Part shown: positions 8,917 to 20,554 of the stretch, piece after piece
How positions within the stretch are numbered: the stretch's first letter is position 1
How the letters are laid out: each line of letters begins with the position of its first letter
Assembly: GCA_965228735.1 (NCBI GenBank)
Contig: OZ245838.1
Location: 6,400,001 to 6,464,000, forward strand
Length of the DNA: 64,000 bases
Direction of reading: 5' to 3'
Source: Planctomycetota bacterium
GTDB taxonomy: Bacteria > Planctomycetota > UBA1135 > UBA2386
Position numbers and translations under genes: made by a program
The notes under the pieces: model-generated
What the model saw: the letters and a program-made list of their open reading frames with translations, nothing else
What the model was told of the DNA's origin: nothing
The model's database searches: none

Positions 8917-11900
8917 TTAGTAGTCGGGGGTCTCGGTACGGGGCATGATCGGCGGCAGCGGCGGTACTCGCGAACGGTCGGGTGCGCCCTGGCCGAAGAT
9001 GCGCTGCTCGGCCACCAGGTTGCGGAGGTGGCCGTAGAGGTGGAAGCTCACGAAGTTGCCCGCGAAGAACTCGACGAACGGCGTCACGAGCGGGTCCGCG
9101 CTGTTGCCGAGCAGGTTGGCCAGCTTGAGCTGGATGTCGACGTAGCCGTCGAGCCCGAGCGTGCCGTCGCCCTCCGCAGACAGCAGGTTGGATTTGACGA
9201 GCAGCCTCTCGAACGCGAGACGCTGTTCGCCGAGGCTCCAGGTCGCCTCGAGGTCGGTGAAGCGCGGGCGCTCCGGTGCGGGCATCTGCGCGTAGATCGC
9301 GGTGAAGAGCGGGACCGCGCCGAGGTCGCCGCGCTCGATCACGAGCGTGCCGTTGCCGACCGCATCTACGATGGCCTGGCCGTCGAGGCGGTCGATCCGC
9401 AGCGCGCCGCGCGCATCGCCGCGGTAGGGCGGTGACTCCCAGCCGGTCTTGCGCAAGAAGCTGTTCACATCGACGCCCTTGAAGTCCACGTCGACCTGCA
9501 ACCGCCCGTCCGGAGTCGCGGGGGCCGGCAGGGTGTAGACGAACGCCGGCGTCGCGGGGTTGCGCTGCCGGAACGTGCCCCCGTGCAACCTGGCGTCGAG
9601 GCCGTCGAGGACGAGCCGCTGGGAATCCGCCTGGAAGCGGCCCGAGAGCCCCTCGAACGGCTGGTCGACGAGTTGCAGCGAGGCGTTCGTCAACCGGCCG
9701 GCGAGGCCGCCGCCGCCGTCGCCGACCCGCGACTCGTCGAGCTTGACGTCGCCGTAGAGTCGGCGGACGCGCAGCCCGTCGCGGCCTTCGCCGAGCGTCA
9801 GCCCGACGTCCTGCAGGCGCAGTTCGCCGCTCAGCGTCGTCTCGAACGGCATCGAGCTCCCGGCGGGCGGCACGGCGAAGGCCAGCTTCAGCCGTTCGAT
9901 ACCGGCGCGGCCCGAGAGCCGACGGCCGGCGATCGACTGCCGCAACGGGCCGGCAAACAGTCGCGCGAGGTGCTCGTCGACGGGGAAGTCCGTCGCTTTG
10001 ACCGTGAACGCGACGAGCGTGCGGCCGTCGGGTTCGGGCGCTTCGGAGATCGTGCCGTCGAGCAGCTGCACGAGCTTGCCGCCGAGCTCGGCGCGGACCT
10101 CCTCGAACCCGATGCGCCCGTTGGCGACGTGCACCTCGCCCGTCATCTTGCGGGCCGGCCGCGGCAGGATGGCCGCGTCGGTGCCGACGTCGAGCAGGTG
10201 CACGACGATGTCGAGGTCCGCATCGTTCGCCGGCGTCACGCGATGCCGGCAGACGAGATCGACCGCGCCCGACGGCTGCAGGAAGTCCCAGGTCTCCTGC
10301 TCGAGCGCGCCGAGCGTCGCCAGCGCGTTGCCGAGTGCGTCGTCGAGCTCGAGGCCGCGCACGACGAGGGACAGGTCGCTGTCGGTCTGGTCGGTCGTGG
10401 CCGTGGCGTCCGCGGCCCGGCTCGCGCCCGGCTCGCGGTCCTTCTGGCTGTATTCGACGCGGCCGAGCATCGCGAGCTGTGCGGACGTCGCCGCGCCGTG
10501 GTCGAGCCGGCCGCGCAGCGCGTCGAAGTCGATGCGCATGGCCTCGCCCGAGCCGGTGATGAGGATGCGGCCGTTGAGGTCGCGGGCGAACCACGGGTCC
10601 ACCGCGAGCCGCAGTTCGACGTCCTCGACGTCGAGTCGGAGGTCGTAGTGAAAGCCGTCGAGGTCGGGCGCGATCGAAGATCCGGCCGCGGCGCTCGCGG
10701 GCTGCCACGCCCGCACGAAGCCGCTGCACCGGCCGCTCGGCGCCACGGCACCCCACGGCTTGTCGATGTCCGGCGCGAGTTTGCGCACGGCAACGCGCAG
10801 GTCCTCGTCGATCGCCAGGCCTTCGAGTTCGACCGCGACCTGGACGCCTTCGCGTTCGGTGCCCTCACTGTTGTTCGAGCCGGTCCCGTCGTTCTCGTAT
10901 TCGATCGGGAGCCGGCCGTGCAGCGTCACGCTGCCGTCGCCGTGGCGCCCGACGAGGTCGAACTCGGCCTTGCTGTAGTGCACGACGATGCTGCCGCGGA
11001 TGGCCGCGAGCTCGTACGGGAACTCCTGCCACAGCACCGCGGCGTCGCGCGGCGTGATCGTGACCGCGAACAGACCGTCGAGCTGCGACTCGGGCCGCAC
11101 GGCGACATCGACGTCCGCGTTCCCGCGCGGTCGCAGGCTGTCGTAGAGCGCACCGTCGTCGGTCAGCAGGTCGGCGAGCGCCGTGCGCAGCGCCGACGTG
11201 AAGCGTACGTTCTCGGCGCGGATGTCGAGGGTCGTGCTCTCCAGCGGCTCGACCACGGTGTTGATCCGGCCCGTCAGCGTGACATCGCCGCCGCCCGCGG
11301 ACTCCTTGATGCGCGCCGACATGTCGATGAGCTCGACGATGCCCTCGCGCAATCGCACCGTGCCCTGCGCGCCCTCGAGCGGCAGCGCGAATCCGATGCG
11401 GTGACCGCGCGTCTCGAACCCGCGGTAGGCGAGCTCGCCCTCGCGCACCTGCATGTCGAACTCGACCTTGCCGGTCGCGCGCTGCGGATCGCGGAGGAAG
11501 AACTCCATGTCGGCGCGGCCGGCGCGCGGCGCGAGCGCATCGACGATCTCGGCACCGAGGTCGAAGAGCCGCAGCGCGTCGAGCGTGTCGTCGTCGACCT
11601 GCAGGTTCTTGCCGGTCGCGCGCACCGTGTAGCTGAGTTCGTCCGCGCCGAGCGTCATGCCCGTCACGTCGACCGTGATGTCGATCGACCCGTCGGCCAG
11701 CGGCTGCTGGATCTGAGCGCGCAGCTCGCCGCCGTTCCTGCTGCTCCCCACGAAATCGATCGTCGCCGACTGCAGGTGGCGCGGCAGGCTCGCGGCCGCG
11801 AGGCGCGCCTGCTGGAGCTGGCCGCGGGCCTCGACCCTGGTCGTCATCGCGCCGCTCTCGTCCGGCGCGGTGCGGAACGTCAGCTCGAGTTGCCGCAGCG

Positions 11901-12615
11901 TGCCGGCGAGGTCGATCGGGTCCGAGAACGCGATGCCGAGTCGGCCCTCGAGCCACTGCAGGCACGCCGTCTCGAGCGGCCAGTTCGTGACCCGCGCCGT
12001 GAACTCGGTGGCGCCCGATTCCGAGTCGACGTGCCCCGCGATCTCGACCGTGGCGCCGAGGCCTTCGACGCGCGCGGAGCCCGTCACGACGAACGTCTGT
12101 TCGTCGCCGAGGCGCGGCGTCGCGGTCGCGTTCAACGCCGTGAGTTGGATCGGCTCGCGGCCGGGCGTGCAGCCGATGCGGACCCGTCCGTCGGTGATCG
12201 CCAGGGCCGGCAGGGCGCTCGCCGCGCGGTTCTCGTCCGGCGCCGTGGTCCGCAGCAACTGGGCCAGGGCGGGTGGGTTTTCCCCAATGTCGACCTCGAG
12301 GCCGCTCACGCCCACGCGCCGGAGGGCAACGATCTGACCGATGTCGAAGCTGGCATCGAGGTCGACCTGCGCCGCTCGCAAGAGCGGTTGTCCTGGGCGG
12401 TTCGGATCCGCGATGTGCAGTTCCCGCACGATGATGCGACCGGCGCCGAGGTCGAGCTCCGTGCCGCCGAGCGTCACGGGTGCGAGCAGGAGCGCGTCGA
12501 GCTGTCGCTGCACGATCCCACTCGCGGCATCGGAGCGATGCAGGACACTCCACGTCACGCCGCCGAGCGCGATCACGAGCACCAGGGAGTACAGCAGAAT
12601 GCGGCGCCAGCTCAT
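8917..12615 (-). CDS. AsmA-like (YhdP/TamB-type) envelope bridge protein
   Basis: 1232 aa with an N-terminal anchor, a long beta-rich repetitive body and an AsmA_2-like C-terminus (SAEGDGTLGLDGYVD, FHLYGHL). Confidence 0.75.
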   Translation of the reverse strand: MSWRRILLYSLVLVIALGGVTWSVLHRSDAASGIVQRQLDALLLAPVTLGGTELDLGAGRIIVRELHIADPNRPGQPLLRAAQVDLDASFDIGQIVALRRVGVSGLEVDIGENPPALAQLLRTTAPDENRAASALPALAITDGRVRIGCTPGREPIQLTALNATATPRLGDEQTFVVTGSARVEGLGATVEIAGHVDSESGATEFTARVTNWPLETACLQWLEGRLGIAFSDPIDLAGTLRQLELTFRTAPDESGAMTTRVEARGQLQQARLAAASLPRHLQSATIDFVGSSRNGGELRAQIQQPLADGSIDITVDVTGMTLGADELSYTVRATGKNLQVDDDTLDALRLFDLGAEIVDALAPRAGRADMEFFLRDPQRATGKVEFDMQVREGELAYRGFETRGHRIGFALPLEGAQGTVRLREGIVELIDMSARIKESAGGGDVTLTGRINTVVEPLESTTLDIRAENVRFTSALRTALADLLTDDGALYDSLRPRGNADVDVAVRPESQLDGLFAVTITPRDAAVLWQEFPYELAAIRGSIVVHYSKAEFDLVGRHGDGSVTLHGRLPIEYENDGTGSNNSEGTEREGVQVAVELEGLAIDEDLRVAVRKLAPDIDKPWGAVAPSGRCSGFVRAWQPASAAAGSSIAPDLDGFHYDLRLDVEDVELRLAVDPWFARDLNGRILITGSGEAMRIDFDALRGRLDHGAATSAQLAMLGRVEYSQKDREPGASRAADATATTDQTDSDLSLVVRGLELDDALGNALATLGALEQETWDFLQPSGAVDLVCRHRVTPANDADLDIVVHLLDVGTDAAILPRPARKMTGEVHVANGRIGFEEVRAELGGKLVQLLDGTISEAPEPDGRTLVAFTVKATDFPVDEHLARLFAGPLRQSIAGRRLSGRAGIERLKLAFAVPPAGSSMPFETTLSGELRLQDVGLTLGEGRDGLRVRRLYGDVKLDESRVGDGGGGLAGRLTNASLQLVDQPFEGLSGRFQADSQRLVLDGLDARLHGGTFRQRNPATPAFVYTLPAPATPDGRLQVDVDFKGVDVNSFLRKTGWESPPYRGDARGALRIDRLDGQAIVDAVGNGTLVIERGDLGAVPLFTAIYAQMPAPERPRFTDLEATWSLGEQRLAFERLLVKSNLLSAEGDGTLGLDGYVDIQLKLANLLGNSADPLVTPFVEFFAGNFVSFHLYGHLRNLVAEQRIFGQGAPDRSRVPPLPPIMPRTETPDY

Positions 12616-12752
12616 CGAGTGTCCCGATGGTAGCCGGCCGCGACAGTCAGGGCACGGTGGGTCGTCGTGATTCCGCGCATCATTCGCGCTGACACCCGCG
12701 ACACGAAGGCTCGGAATCGGGCGCCAAACGGGGTTTTCGAGGGGTTTTTGAT

Positions 12753-12781
12753 TTGATGTGTGCGCGGGATGTTGTCACACT
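12753..12781 (+). promoter_or_regulatory. possible sigma70-like promoter for the histone-fold gene
   Basis: TTGATG-17 nt-CACACT with TG just upstream of the -10, in a locally AT-richer divergent intergenic region. Confidence 0.3.
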
Positions 12782-12858
12782 TCGCGCGAGTTCGCCGGTT
12801 TCCAGGCACTTTGCCGGGTTCTAGCGCGGACCGACACCAATCGTTTCAGAGACATACG

Positions 12859-13065
12859 ATGGCTGCCAAAAAGAAGAAGAAGGCCTCGAAGGGCCCGGTC
12901 GATCTCATCATCTCCAAGGCGCGCACGAAGGCTTCGGTCCGGAAGTGCAACGTCTCCTCGGAGTTCTACGGTGCGCTCGACCAACACGTCCGTCAGTTGA
13001 TCCAGGGCGCTGAGAAGCGCGCTACGCTGAACGGTCGCAAGACCCTGCGTCCGCAGGATATCTAA
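12859..13065 (+). CDS. bacterial histone-fold protein (short alpha3, face-to-face/DUF1931-like) with Lys-rich N-terminal tail
   Basis: 68 aa: MAAKKKKKASKGPVDLIISKARTKASVRKCNVSSEFYGALDQHVRQLIQGAEKRATLNGRKTLRPQDI. It carries the histone signature RxTxxxxD (RKTLRPQD), an NVS loop and a long alpha2 helix ending A..RA..NG. Confidence 0.88.
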   Translation: MAAKKKKKASKGPVDLIISKARTKASVRKCNVSSEFYGALDQHVRQLIQGAEKRATLNGRKTLRPQDI

Positions 13066-13146
13066 GACGCACCGCGTCGCCCGCTCGCGGCCTGCACTAG
13101 GTGGTGGGTCGAGGGCTTCGACGACGGTCTGCACGTCGTCCACTGT

Positions 13147-13188
13147 CAGGGCCCGGTCGATGCTCGGTTAGGCATCGATCGGGCCTTG
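13147..13188. terminator. long hairpin downstream of the histone gene, possible bidirectional terminator or stability element
   Basis: 13147-13164 pairs with 13171-13188 (18 bp including 3 G-U, 6-nt loop). No long U-tract follows. Confidence 0.5.
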
Positions 13189-13314
13189 CTTCGTACCCGC
13201 GCGAACTGTCCGACCGGCGGTCGCAGTCTGGAGCGGAACGTGCGATATCGCGGTCGAATCGGCCGTTTGGGCCGCGCCTGCGATTTTCGTCGTGGCGCGG
13301 GCGAGAACGCGCGA

Positions 13315-14046
13315 TCAGTCGGCGTAGGTGCCCATGAGGTAGCGCGGCTCGAGCTCCGTCGTCGCGCACGGCGCGAGCACCTCGGCGAGTTCGCGCGTGA
13401 ACAGCGCGCTGGCGAACGCGGTCTCCGGCTGCGTCGCGATCACCGTCGCCCGCGCAGCCAGTCGTTCGCGCATCGCGGCGTCGAACCCTGGCGGCACGAT
13501 GAACGTGTCGTCGGCGCGCGCGCTCGCGAGCACGTCGTCGGTCACGAGGGCCGCGGACGGTTCGAGCTGTCGCAGCGCGCCGCCGTTGCCGGTCGTCGCG
13601 AACGCGCCGCAATGCCAGCGGCCGCGGCGGGCATCGAGGACGGGTCGGAGGCGGCCGCCGCCGGTGGGCGGTGGTGCGGCCGGCGCCGCGGCGGCGTGCG
13701 CGACGAGCGCGAGCGTGTCGCACGCGAGGACGCGAACCTCGCCGAAATGCTGCAGGAATCGCACGAACGTGAGCGCGATTCGCAGCCCCGTGTACGACCC
13801 CGGGCCGAAGTCCGTACGCAGCTCGACGAGCTGGTCCGGCGCGACGTCGTGGGTTGCGAGCAGGTCGGCCACGAGCCGTGCCAGATCGCCACGCTGGCCG
13901 GTCGGCGTCGACGCGCTGTGGAAATCATTCCCCAGGCGCAGGCACGCGCTGAACGCCGCTTCGCCCGTCGGGTTGCTGCCGCTGACGGCGAGGGCCGCGT
14001 CGTTCCCCGGTGCTCCTGTCGCGTTGCTGTCGCCGCGGCCGGTCAT
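13315..14046 (-). CDS. tsaB: tRNA t6A biosynthesis protein TsaB
   Basis: GPGSYTGLRIA, LDARRG and C-terminal LEPRY. Confidence 0.88.
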   Translation of the reverse strand: MTGRGDSNATGAPGNDAALAVSGSNPTGEAAFSACLRLGNDFHSASTPTGQRGDLARLVADLLATHDVAPDQLVELRTDFGPGSYTGLRIALTFVRFLQHFGEVRVLACDTLALVAHAAAAPAAPPPTGGGRLRPVLDARRGRWHCGAFATTGNGGALRQLEPSAALVTDDVLASARADDTFIVPPGFDAAMRERLAARATVIATQPETAFASALFTRELAEVLAPCATTELEPRYLMGTYAD

Positions 14047-14048
14047 CG

Positions 14049-15410
14049 TCAGGCGGATGGGCCGCCGAGCTCGGCCGCCACGACCGCTGCGAGCTCGTCG
14101 CACAGGCGGTTCGTGAGGGCCTCGTCCGCGGCCTCGATCATGACCCGGCACTTCGGTTCGGTGCCCGAATAGCGCAGCAGCAGGCGGCCATCGGAGCCGA
14201 GCTCGGCCTCGATCTCGCGGGCCTTCGCGGCGACTGCCGGCACCGTGTCGAGGTCGGGTTTGCGCAGCACGGGCACATTCACGAGCTTCTGGGGGAAGCG
14301 CTGGAACGCGGCGAAACAGCTCGCGAGTCCGTTCTGCTGGCCGGCCGGCAGGTCGAGGAGTCGGATCGCGGTGTAGAGCCCGTCGCCGACGAGCTCGTTG
14401 TCGGCGAACAGGATGTGTCCCGACTGCTCGCCGCCGATCGCCGCGCCGCGCTCCTTCATCGCGAGCCAGACGTTGCGGTCGCCGACGGGGGTGACGTCGA
14501 CCTGCACGCCAGCCTTCCCGAGCGCCTTGTGCAGGCCGAGGTTGCTCATGACCGTCGCGGTCACGAGGTTGCCCGGCAGCTCGCCGGCGGACTGCAGCTG
14601 CAGGCCGAACAGGCACATCACGTCGTCGCCGTCGCGCACCGTGCCCCGTTCGTCGACGAAGATGCCGCGGTCGCCGTCGCCGTCGAGGCAGATGCCGAGG
14701 TCGAGGCCGTGTTCCTGCACCGCGCGCGCCATCGTCTCCGGGTGCAGCGCGCCGACGCCGTCGTTGATGTTGAAGCCGTCGGGTTCACACGCGATCTCGA
14801 CCACGTCGGCGCCGAGCGCGCGCAGGATGCGCGGCGCGAGTTCCGCGCCGCCGCCGTTCGCGGCATCGACGCCGACCTTGCGACCGCTGAGGTCGAGATC
14901 GGCGAACTGCTCGGCGAAGCGTTCGTCGTAGCCGAGCAGCAGTTCCTTGCCCGGCTTGATGCGCGGCGTCCTGGCCTCGGCCGGGCGCAGCTGCAGCGCG
15001 AGTTCTTCGAGTTCGCGCTCGACGTCGTCGCCGAGCTTGCTGCCGTCCTTGGCGAAGATCTTGATGCCGTTGTCGTGCGACGGGTTGTGCGACGCGCTGA
15101 TCATGATGCCCGCGTCGAACTCGCTGCGCGTGCGCGTGAGGAACGCGAGCGCCGGCGTCGTGCACAGGCCGACGTCGGTGATCGCGACCTCGGCGGCTGC
15201 GAGGCCCTGGGCGAGGGCCTCGAGGATCCAGGGCGCGGAGTCGCGGCCGTCGTCGCCGACGATGACGCGCTTCTGCTCGTCGCCCGAGCGTTGCAGAACG
15301 ACGCCGAGGGCGGCGCCGACACGGCGCAGGCTCTCGGGGTCCATCGGCGGGTCGCCGGCACGGGAGCGCAGGCCGTCCGTGCCAAAGCGCAGGGGTTCGA
15401 TGTCGGTCAT
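14049..15410 (-). CDS. glmM: phosphoglucosamine mutase
   Basis: FGTDGLR, MISASHNP, DGDGDR, TVMSNLG, GGEQSGH and RYSGTEP. Confidence 0.95.
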   Translation of the reverse strand: MTDIEPLRFGTDGLRSRAGDPPMDPESLRRVGAALGVVLQRSGDEQKRVIVGDDGRDSAPWILEALAQGLAAAEVAITDVGLCTTPALAFLTRTRSEFDAGIMISASHNPSHDNGIKIFAKDGSKLGDDVERELEELALQLRPAEARTPRIKPGKELLLGYDERFAEQFADLDLSGRKVGVDAANGGGAELAPRILRALGADVVEIACEPDGFNINDGVGALHPETMARAVQEHGLDLGICLDGDGDRGIFVDERGTVRDGDDVMCLFGLQLQSAGELPGNLVTATVMSNLGLHKALGKAGVQVDVTPVGDRNVWLAMKERGAAIGGEQSGHILFADNELVGDGLYTAIRLLDLPAGQQNGLASCFAAFQRFPQKLVNVPVLRKPDLDTVPAVAAKAREIEAELGSDGRLLLRYSGTEPKCRVMIEAADEALTNRLCDELAAVVAAELGGPSA

Positions 15411-16564
15411 GGCTTGCGGGTCAACGTCACGAGGGCGCCGCTCGTCACGTTGTAATCCGACCGCTCGACGCGATCACCCAGCCCGGAGAAGAACACGAGG
15501 GTTGCCTCGCGCGTGATCTGGCCCTCCCCGATGTCCTCGGGGCGGAGGGCCACGATGAGCGCGATGTTGTCCTTGGCCCATTGATCGAGTGCTGCCTGGC
15601 GTTGTCCTTCGGGTCGCGACCCGATCGGCACGAGATCGAGGAGCACGGGTCCGCCGGCCTCCAGCGTGATCTGCCGCAGGGTCTCGCCGTCCTTGACCTG
15701 GTACTGGCCCTGATCCTCCTGCGGCAACGCCTGCTCGTAGATGTCGATCGGAACCTTCATCGTGTAGGAGTCGGTCTTCTGCGCGACCTTCATGGTGAGC
15801 GTCGAGCCACCGGCGCGAAGCTGCCGCCAAGGTGCGCGGAGCATCACCGCGACGGACAGGTTCTTGTCCGTCTGGCGGGGTGCGACCGTGACGCGGAACG
15901 GCTGTTCGCCGCTCTGGATCGCGGCCTGCAGTCGTTCCATCTCGCGGGTCGGACCCGTGACCTCGACCTTCTCCGGCGAGAACGTCGCGCTGTCCAGGCG
16001 CAGACGTCGGCGGACCTCCTCGTCGTCGACGTCGAGGTAGACGTGACGGGCGAGATCGAGCGTGATCTCGAGGTTGTCCAACCGGTCGATGTTCACCCGG
16101 ATCACCGCCGGCTCCATGACCATCGACAGGCCGGCGAACGCGCTGGGCAGGATGAGCTTGTCGACGTCGAAGTCGACGAAGCCGCTCGCGAGTCCGTCCG
16201 TGACGCGGTCCTCGAGGTCGACCCGCAACTCCGGCCTCTTCCGGCGCAGGGCTTCGATGTCGGCGCTCGGACCCGTGAAGTGGATCGCAACGGCGTTGTT
16301 CGGCAGCGGCTCACCACCGGCCAGGAAGCCGGTCGCGACGATGCGGTCGTTGCCGAAGTCGACGTGGATCTGGCCCGGGGCGCTGCCCTTCGTCTCGAGC
16401 TGGAACTCGAGCGTGTCCGTGCGCTCGAGCTGCAGGTTGAGGAAGTACCACAGCCCGGTGGCGAGGCCGATCGCGGCGAGCTTGCGGTACGGGTCCGCGA
16501 CGATCGCCGCGAGGATGCGGCGTTTGCGCCGGTTGGGGAGTGACCGCGTCGCGAGCGAGGTCAT
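15407..16564 (-). CDS. cdaR: CdaR/YbbR-like membrane-anchored regulator
   Basis: N-terminal KLAAIGLATGLWYF anchor and YbbR-like motifs (IHFTGPS, PEKVEVTGP, PAVIRV). Lies between cdaA and glmM with 4-bp overlaps. Confidence 0.7.
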   Translation of the reverse strand: MTSLATRSLPNRRKRRILAAIVADPYRKLAAIGLATGLWYFLNLQLERTDTLEFQLETKGSAPGQIHVDFGNDRIVATGFLAGGEPLPNNAVAIHFTGPSADIEALRRKRPELRVDLEDRVTDGLASGFVDFDVDKLILPSAFAGLSMVMEPAVIRVNIDRLDNLEITLDLARHVYLDVDDEEVRRRLRLDSATFSPEKVEVTGPTREMERLQAAIQSGEQPFRVTVAPRQTDKNLSVAVMLRAPWRQLRAGGSTLTMKVAQKTDSYTMKVPIDIYEQALPQEDQGQYQVKDGETLRQITLEAGGPVLLDLVPIGSRPEGQRQAALDQWAKDNIALIVALRPEDIGEGQITREATLVFFSGLGDRVERSDYNVTSGALVTLTRKP

Positions 16565-17370
16565 GCGGCCTGCTCCAGGTGCAGGAAGGCCGCGAGCTGG
16601 TTCTCGAGTTCTTCGATCGAGAGCCCGTGGTTGAGCTTGCCGCCGATCGCGGTCGAGATGTTGCCGGTCTCCTCGCTGACGACGAGCACGATCGCGTCGG
16701 TTTCCTCGGACAGGCCGAGCGCGGCGCGGTGCCGGGTGCCGAGGCGCTTGTCGATGTCCGACTGACTCAGCGGGAAGAGGCACGATGCCGCGACGATGCG
16801 GTCGTCGCGCACGACGATGCCGCCGTCGTGCAGCGCGCTCTTCGGGAAGAAGATCGACTCGATCAGATACGAGTTGAGCTCGGCGTCGATCGTGATGCCC
16901 TTGTCCGCGACTTCCGCGAGCGACGCTTCGCGCTCGATCGCGATCAGCGCGCCGACGTGCTCCTTGCTCATGCGGGCCATCGCGCGCACGAGGCGCGGCA
17001 CGATGCGGCTCTCGTGGCGGAAGAACCGGTTGAAGATCGGCGCGTCACCGAGGTGCAGGATTGCCTTGCGGATCTCGGGCTGGAACACCACGACGAGCCC
17101 GATGACGACCGACGGCGCCACCATCGTGAAGAGCTGGCCCAGGTTGCGCAGGTCGAACACGCGGATCAGCACCCACACGACGATCGTGCCGATGAGCAGC
17201 AGCGTCATGCCGTAGATGACGCCGGAGCCGCGGGTCTCGCGGATGAACCGCAGCCCGAAGTAGATGAGGACCGCGAAGACCGCGATCTCGAAGGCCATCT
17301 TGGCGAGCCCGCTGATCTGCTCCCAGCTCGTGTCGCCGTCGAGCAGCGACAGGGCGAACGTCGCCAGCAT
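16561..17370 (-). CDS. cdaA: diadenylate cyclase CdaA (DacA)
   Basis: Three TM helices, FQPEIR, GALIAIER, LHDGG, GTRHRAA and VVSEETG. Confidence 0.93.
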   Translation of the reverse strand: MLATFALSLLDGDTSWEQISGLAKMAFEIAVFAVLIYFGLRFIRETRGSGVIYGMTLLLIGTIVVWVLIRVFDLRNLGQLFTMVAPSVVIGLVVVFQPEIRKAILHLGDAPIFNRFFRHESRIVPRLVRAMARMSKEHVGALIAIEREASLAEVADKGITIDAELNSYLIESIFFPKSALHDGGIVVRDDRIVAASCLFPLSQSDIDKRLGTRHRAALGLSEETDAIVLVVSEETGNISTAIGGKLNHGLSIEELENQLAAFLHLEQAA

Positions 17371-17376
17371 GACGGA

Positions 17377-19716
<2,340 letters not shown>

Positions 19717-19820
19717 GTAGTTTCCTGGTGGGGCGCAGTCCCTTGGCGATCAAGCACCCCACTCTGAGCGCTCATTGGCGGTCCGCGGCACGAGAACGCC
19801 AACCAACGCGAGATCGGCCC

Positions 19821-19875
19821 CGGCAACCCGATTCTCGGCAACCCGGTGCATGGCATCGGGATCATCGGCAATCGG
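19821..19875. repeat. degenerate 15-bp-period tandem repeat upstream of ftsH
   Basis: cggcaacccg (19821), cggcaacccg (19836), tggcatcggg (19851), cggcaatcgg (19866). Confidence 0.6.
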
Positions 19876-20023
19876 GGGGCAGGGCCCGTAGTCGCGTTGC
19901 CAACTGGTGTTCAGCGCCGGCGCAGACCTGTCGCAACCACTCTAGGTCGCCGCGCGCGCAGTTGCCAGTCTGCGCGTCCAACGGGGCCCCCGCCTGGGCG
20001 TCCAAGGGGTCCCAGCCGGCGCG

Positions 20024-20554
20024 TCAGCGGGGCGTCCGCGCGGCGTCCGCGTCGATCGCGCGGCCGTCGAGCGCGAGCGCGATCTTGCGGGCCAGGTCGT
20101 TCACGAGTTCGGCCCGCGCCGAGGTCAGGTTCTCGCCGATCGGCGACCGGAACTCGGTTCGGTCGAGCAGCACGCGTTCGATCAGGACCCGGCCGTCGGG
20201 CGCGATCAGCCGCATCGTCACGGCCGCTGCCAGGGTGCCTTCGCGGACCGGATCGGCGGCGCTCCCGGGCACCAGGGTGCGCTCGCGGGCCTCGTCGATC
20301 TGCACCTCCAGCCGGGCGTCGGCGTTGCCCCAGGTCGCGAGCCGGAGGTCGGTCGAGACCGGCAATTCGCGCGCAAGCTTGGCCGCCAGTTCGACTTCGA
20401 GCCGCTGGCGGAACGACTGATTGGTCACGACCGCGAGCGCGACGGTGCGGATCCCGCGGGCCTGCATGCCGGAGCCGAACGTGTAGCCGCACCCCGCGGG
20501 GAGCAGCGCGAGGCCGGCGGCGAGCGCCGCGAGCGCCGGGCGGGGGCCGCTCAC
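20024..20554 (-). CDS. lptE: LPS-assembly lipoprotein LptE-like
   Basis: Lipobox PAGC-GY, then IRTVA...N.SF...LE and C-terminal LARKI. The GTG start overlaps the bamD stop. Confidence 0.8.
   Translation of the reverse strand: MSGPRPALAALAAGLALLPAGCGYTFGSGMQARGIRTVALAVVTNQSFRQRLEVELAAKLARELPVSTDLRLATWGNADARLEVQIDEARERTLVPGSAADPVREGTLAAAVTMRLIAPDGRVLIERVLLDRTEFRSPIGENLTSARAELVNDLARKIALALDGRAIDADAARTPR

Noticed and set aside
9583..12633. 1016-aa ORF on the + strand
   Set aside because: Antisense shadow of the AsmA-like gene. It has no motifs, and long stop-free antisense frames are expected at this GC content.
12760..12858. 33-aa extension of the histone ORF in the supplied track
   Set aside because: It has non-coding-like composition and overlaps the probable promoter and UTR. 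ATG 12859 follows a purine-rich AGAGA and gives a typical histone length.
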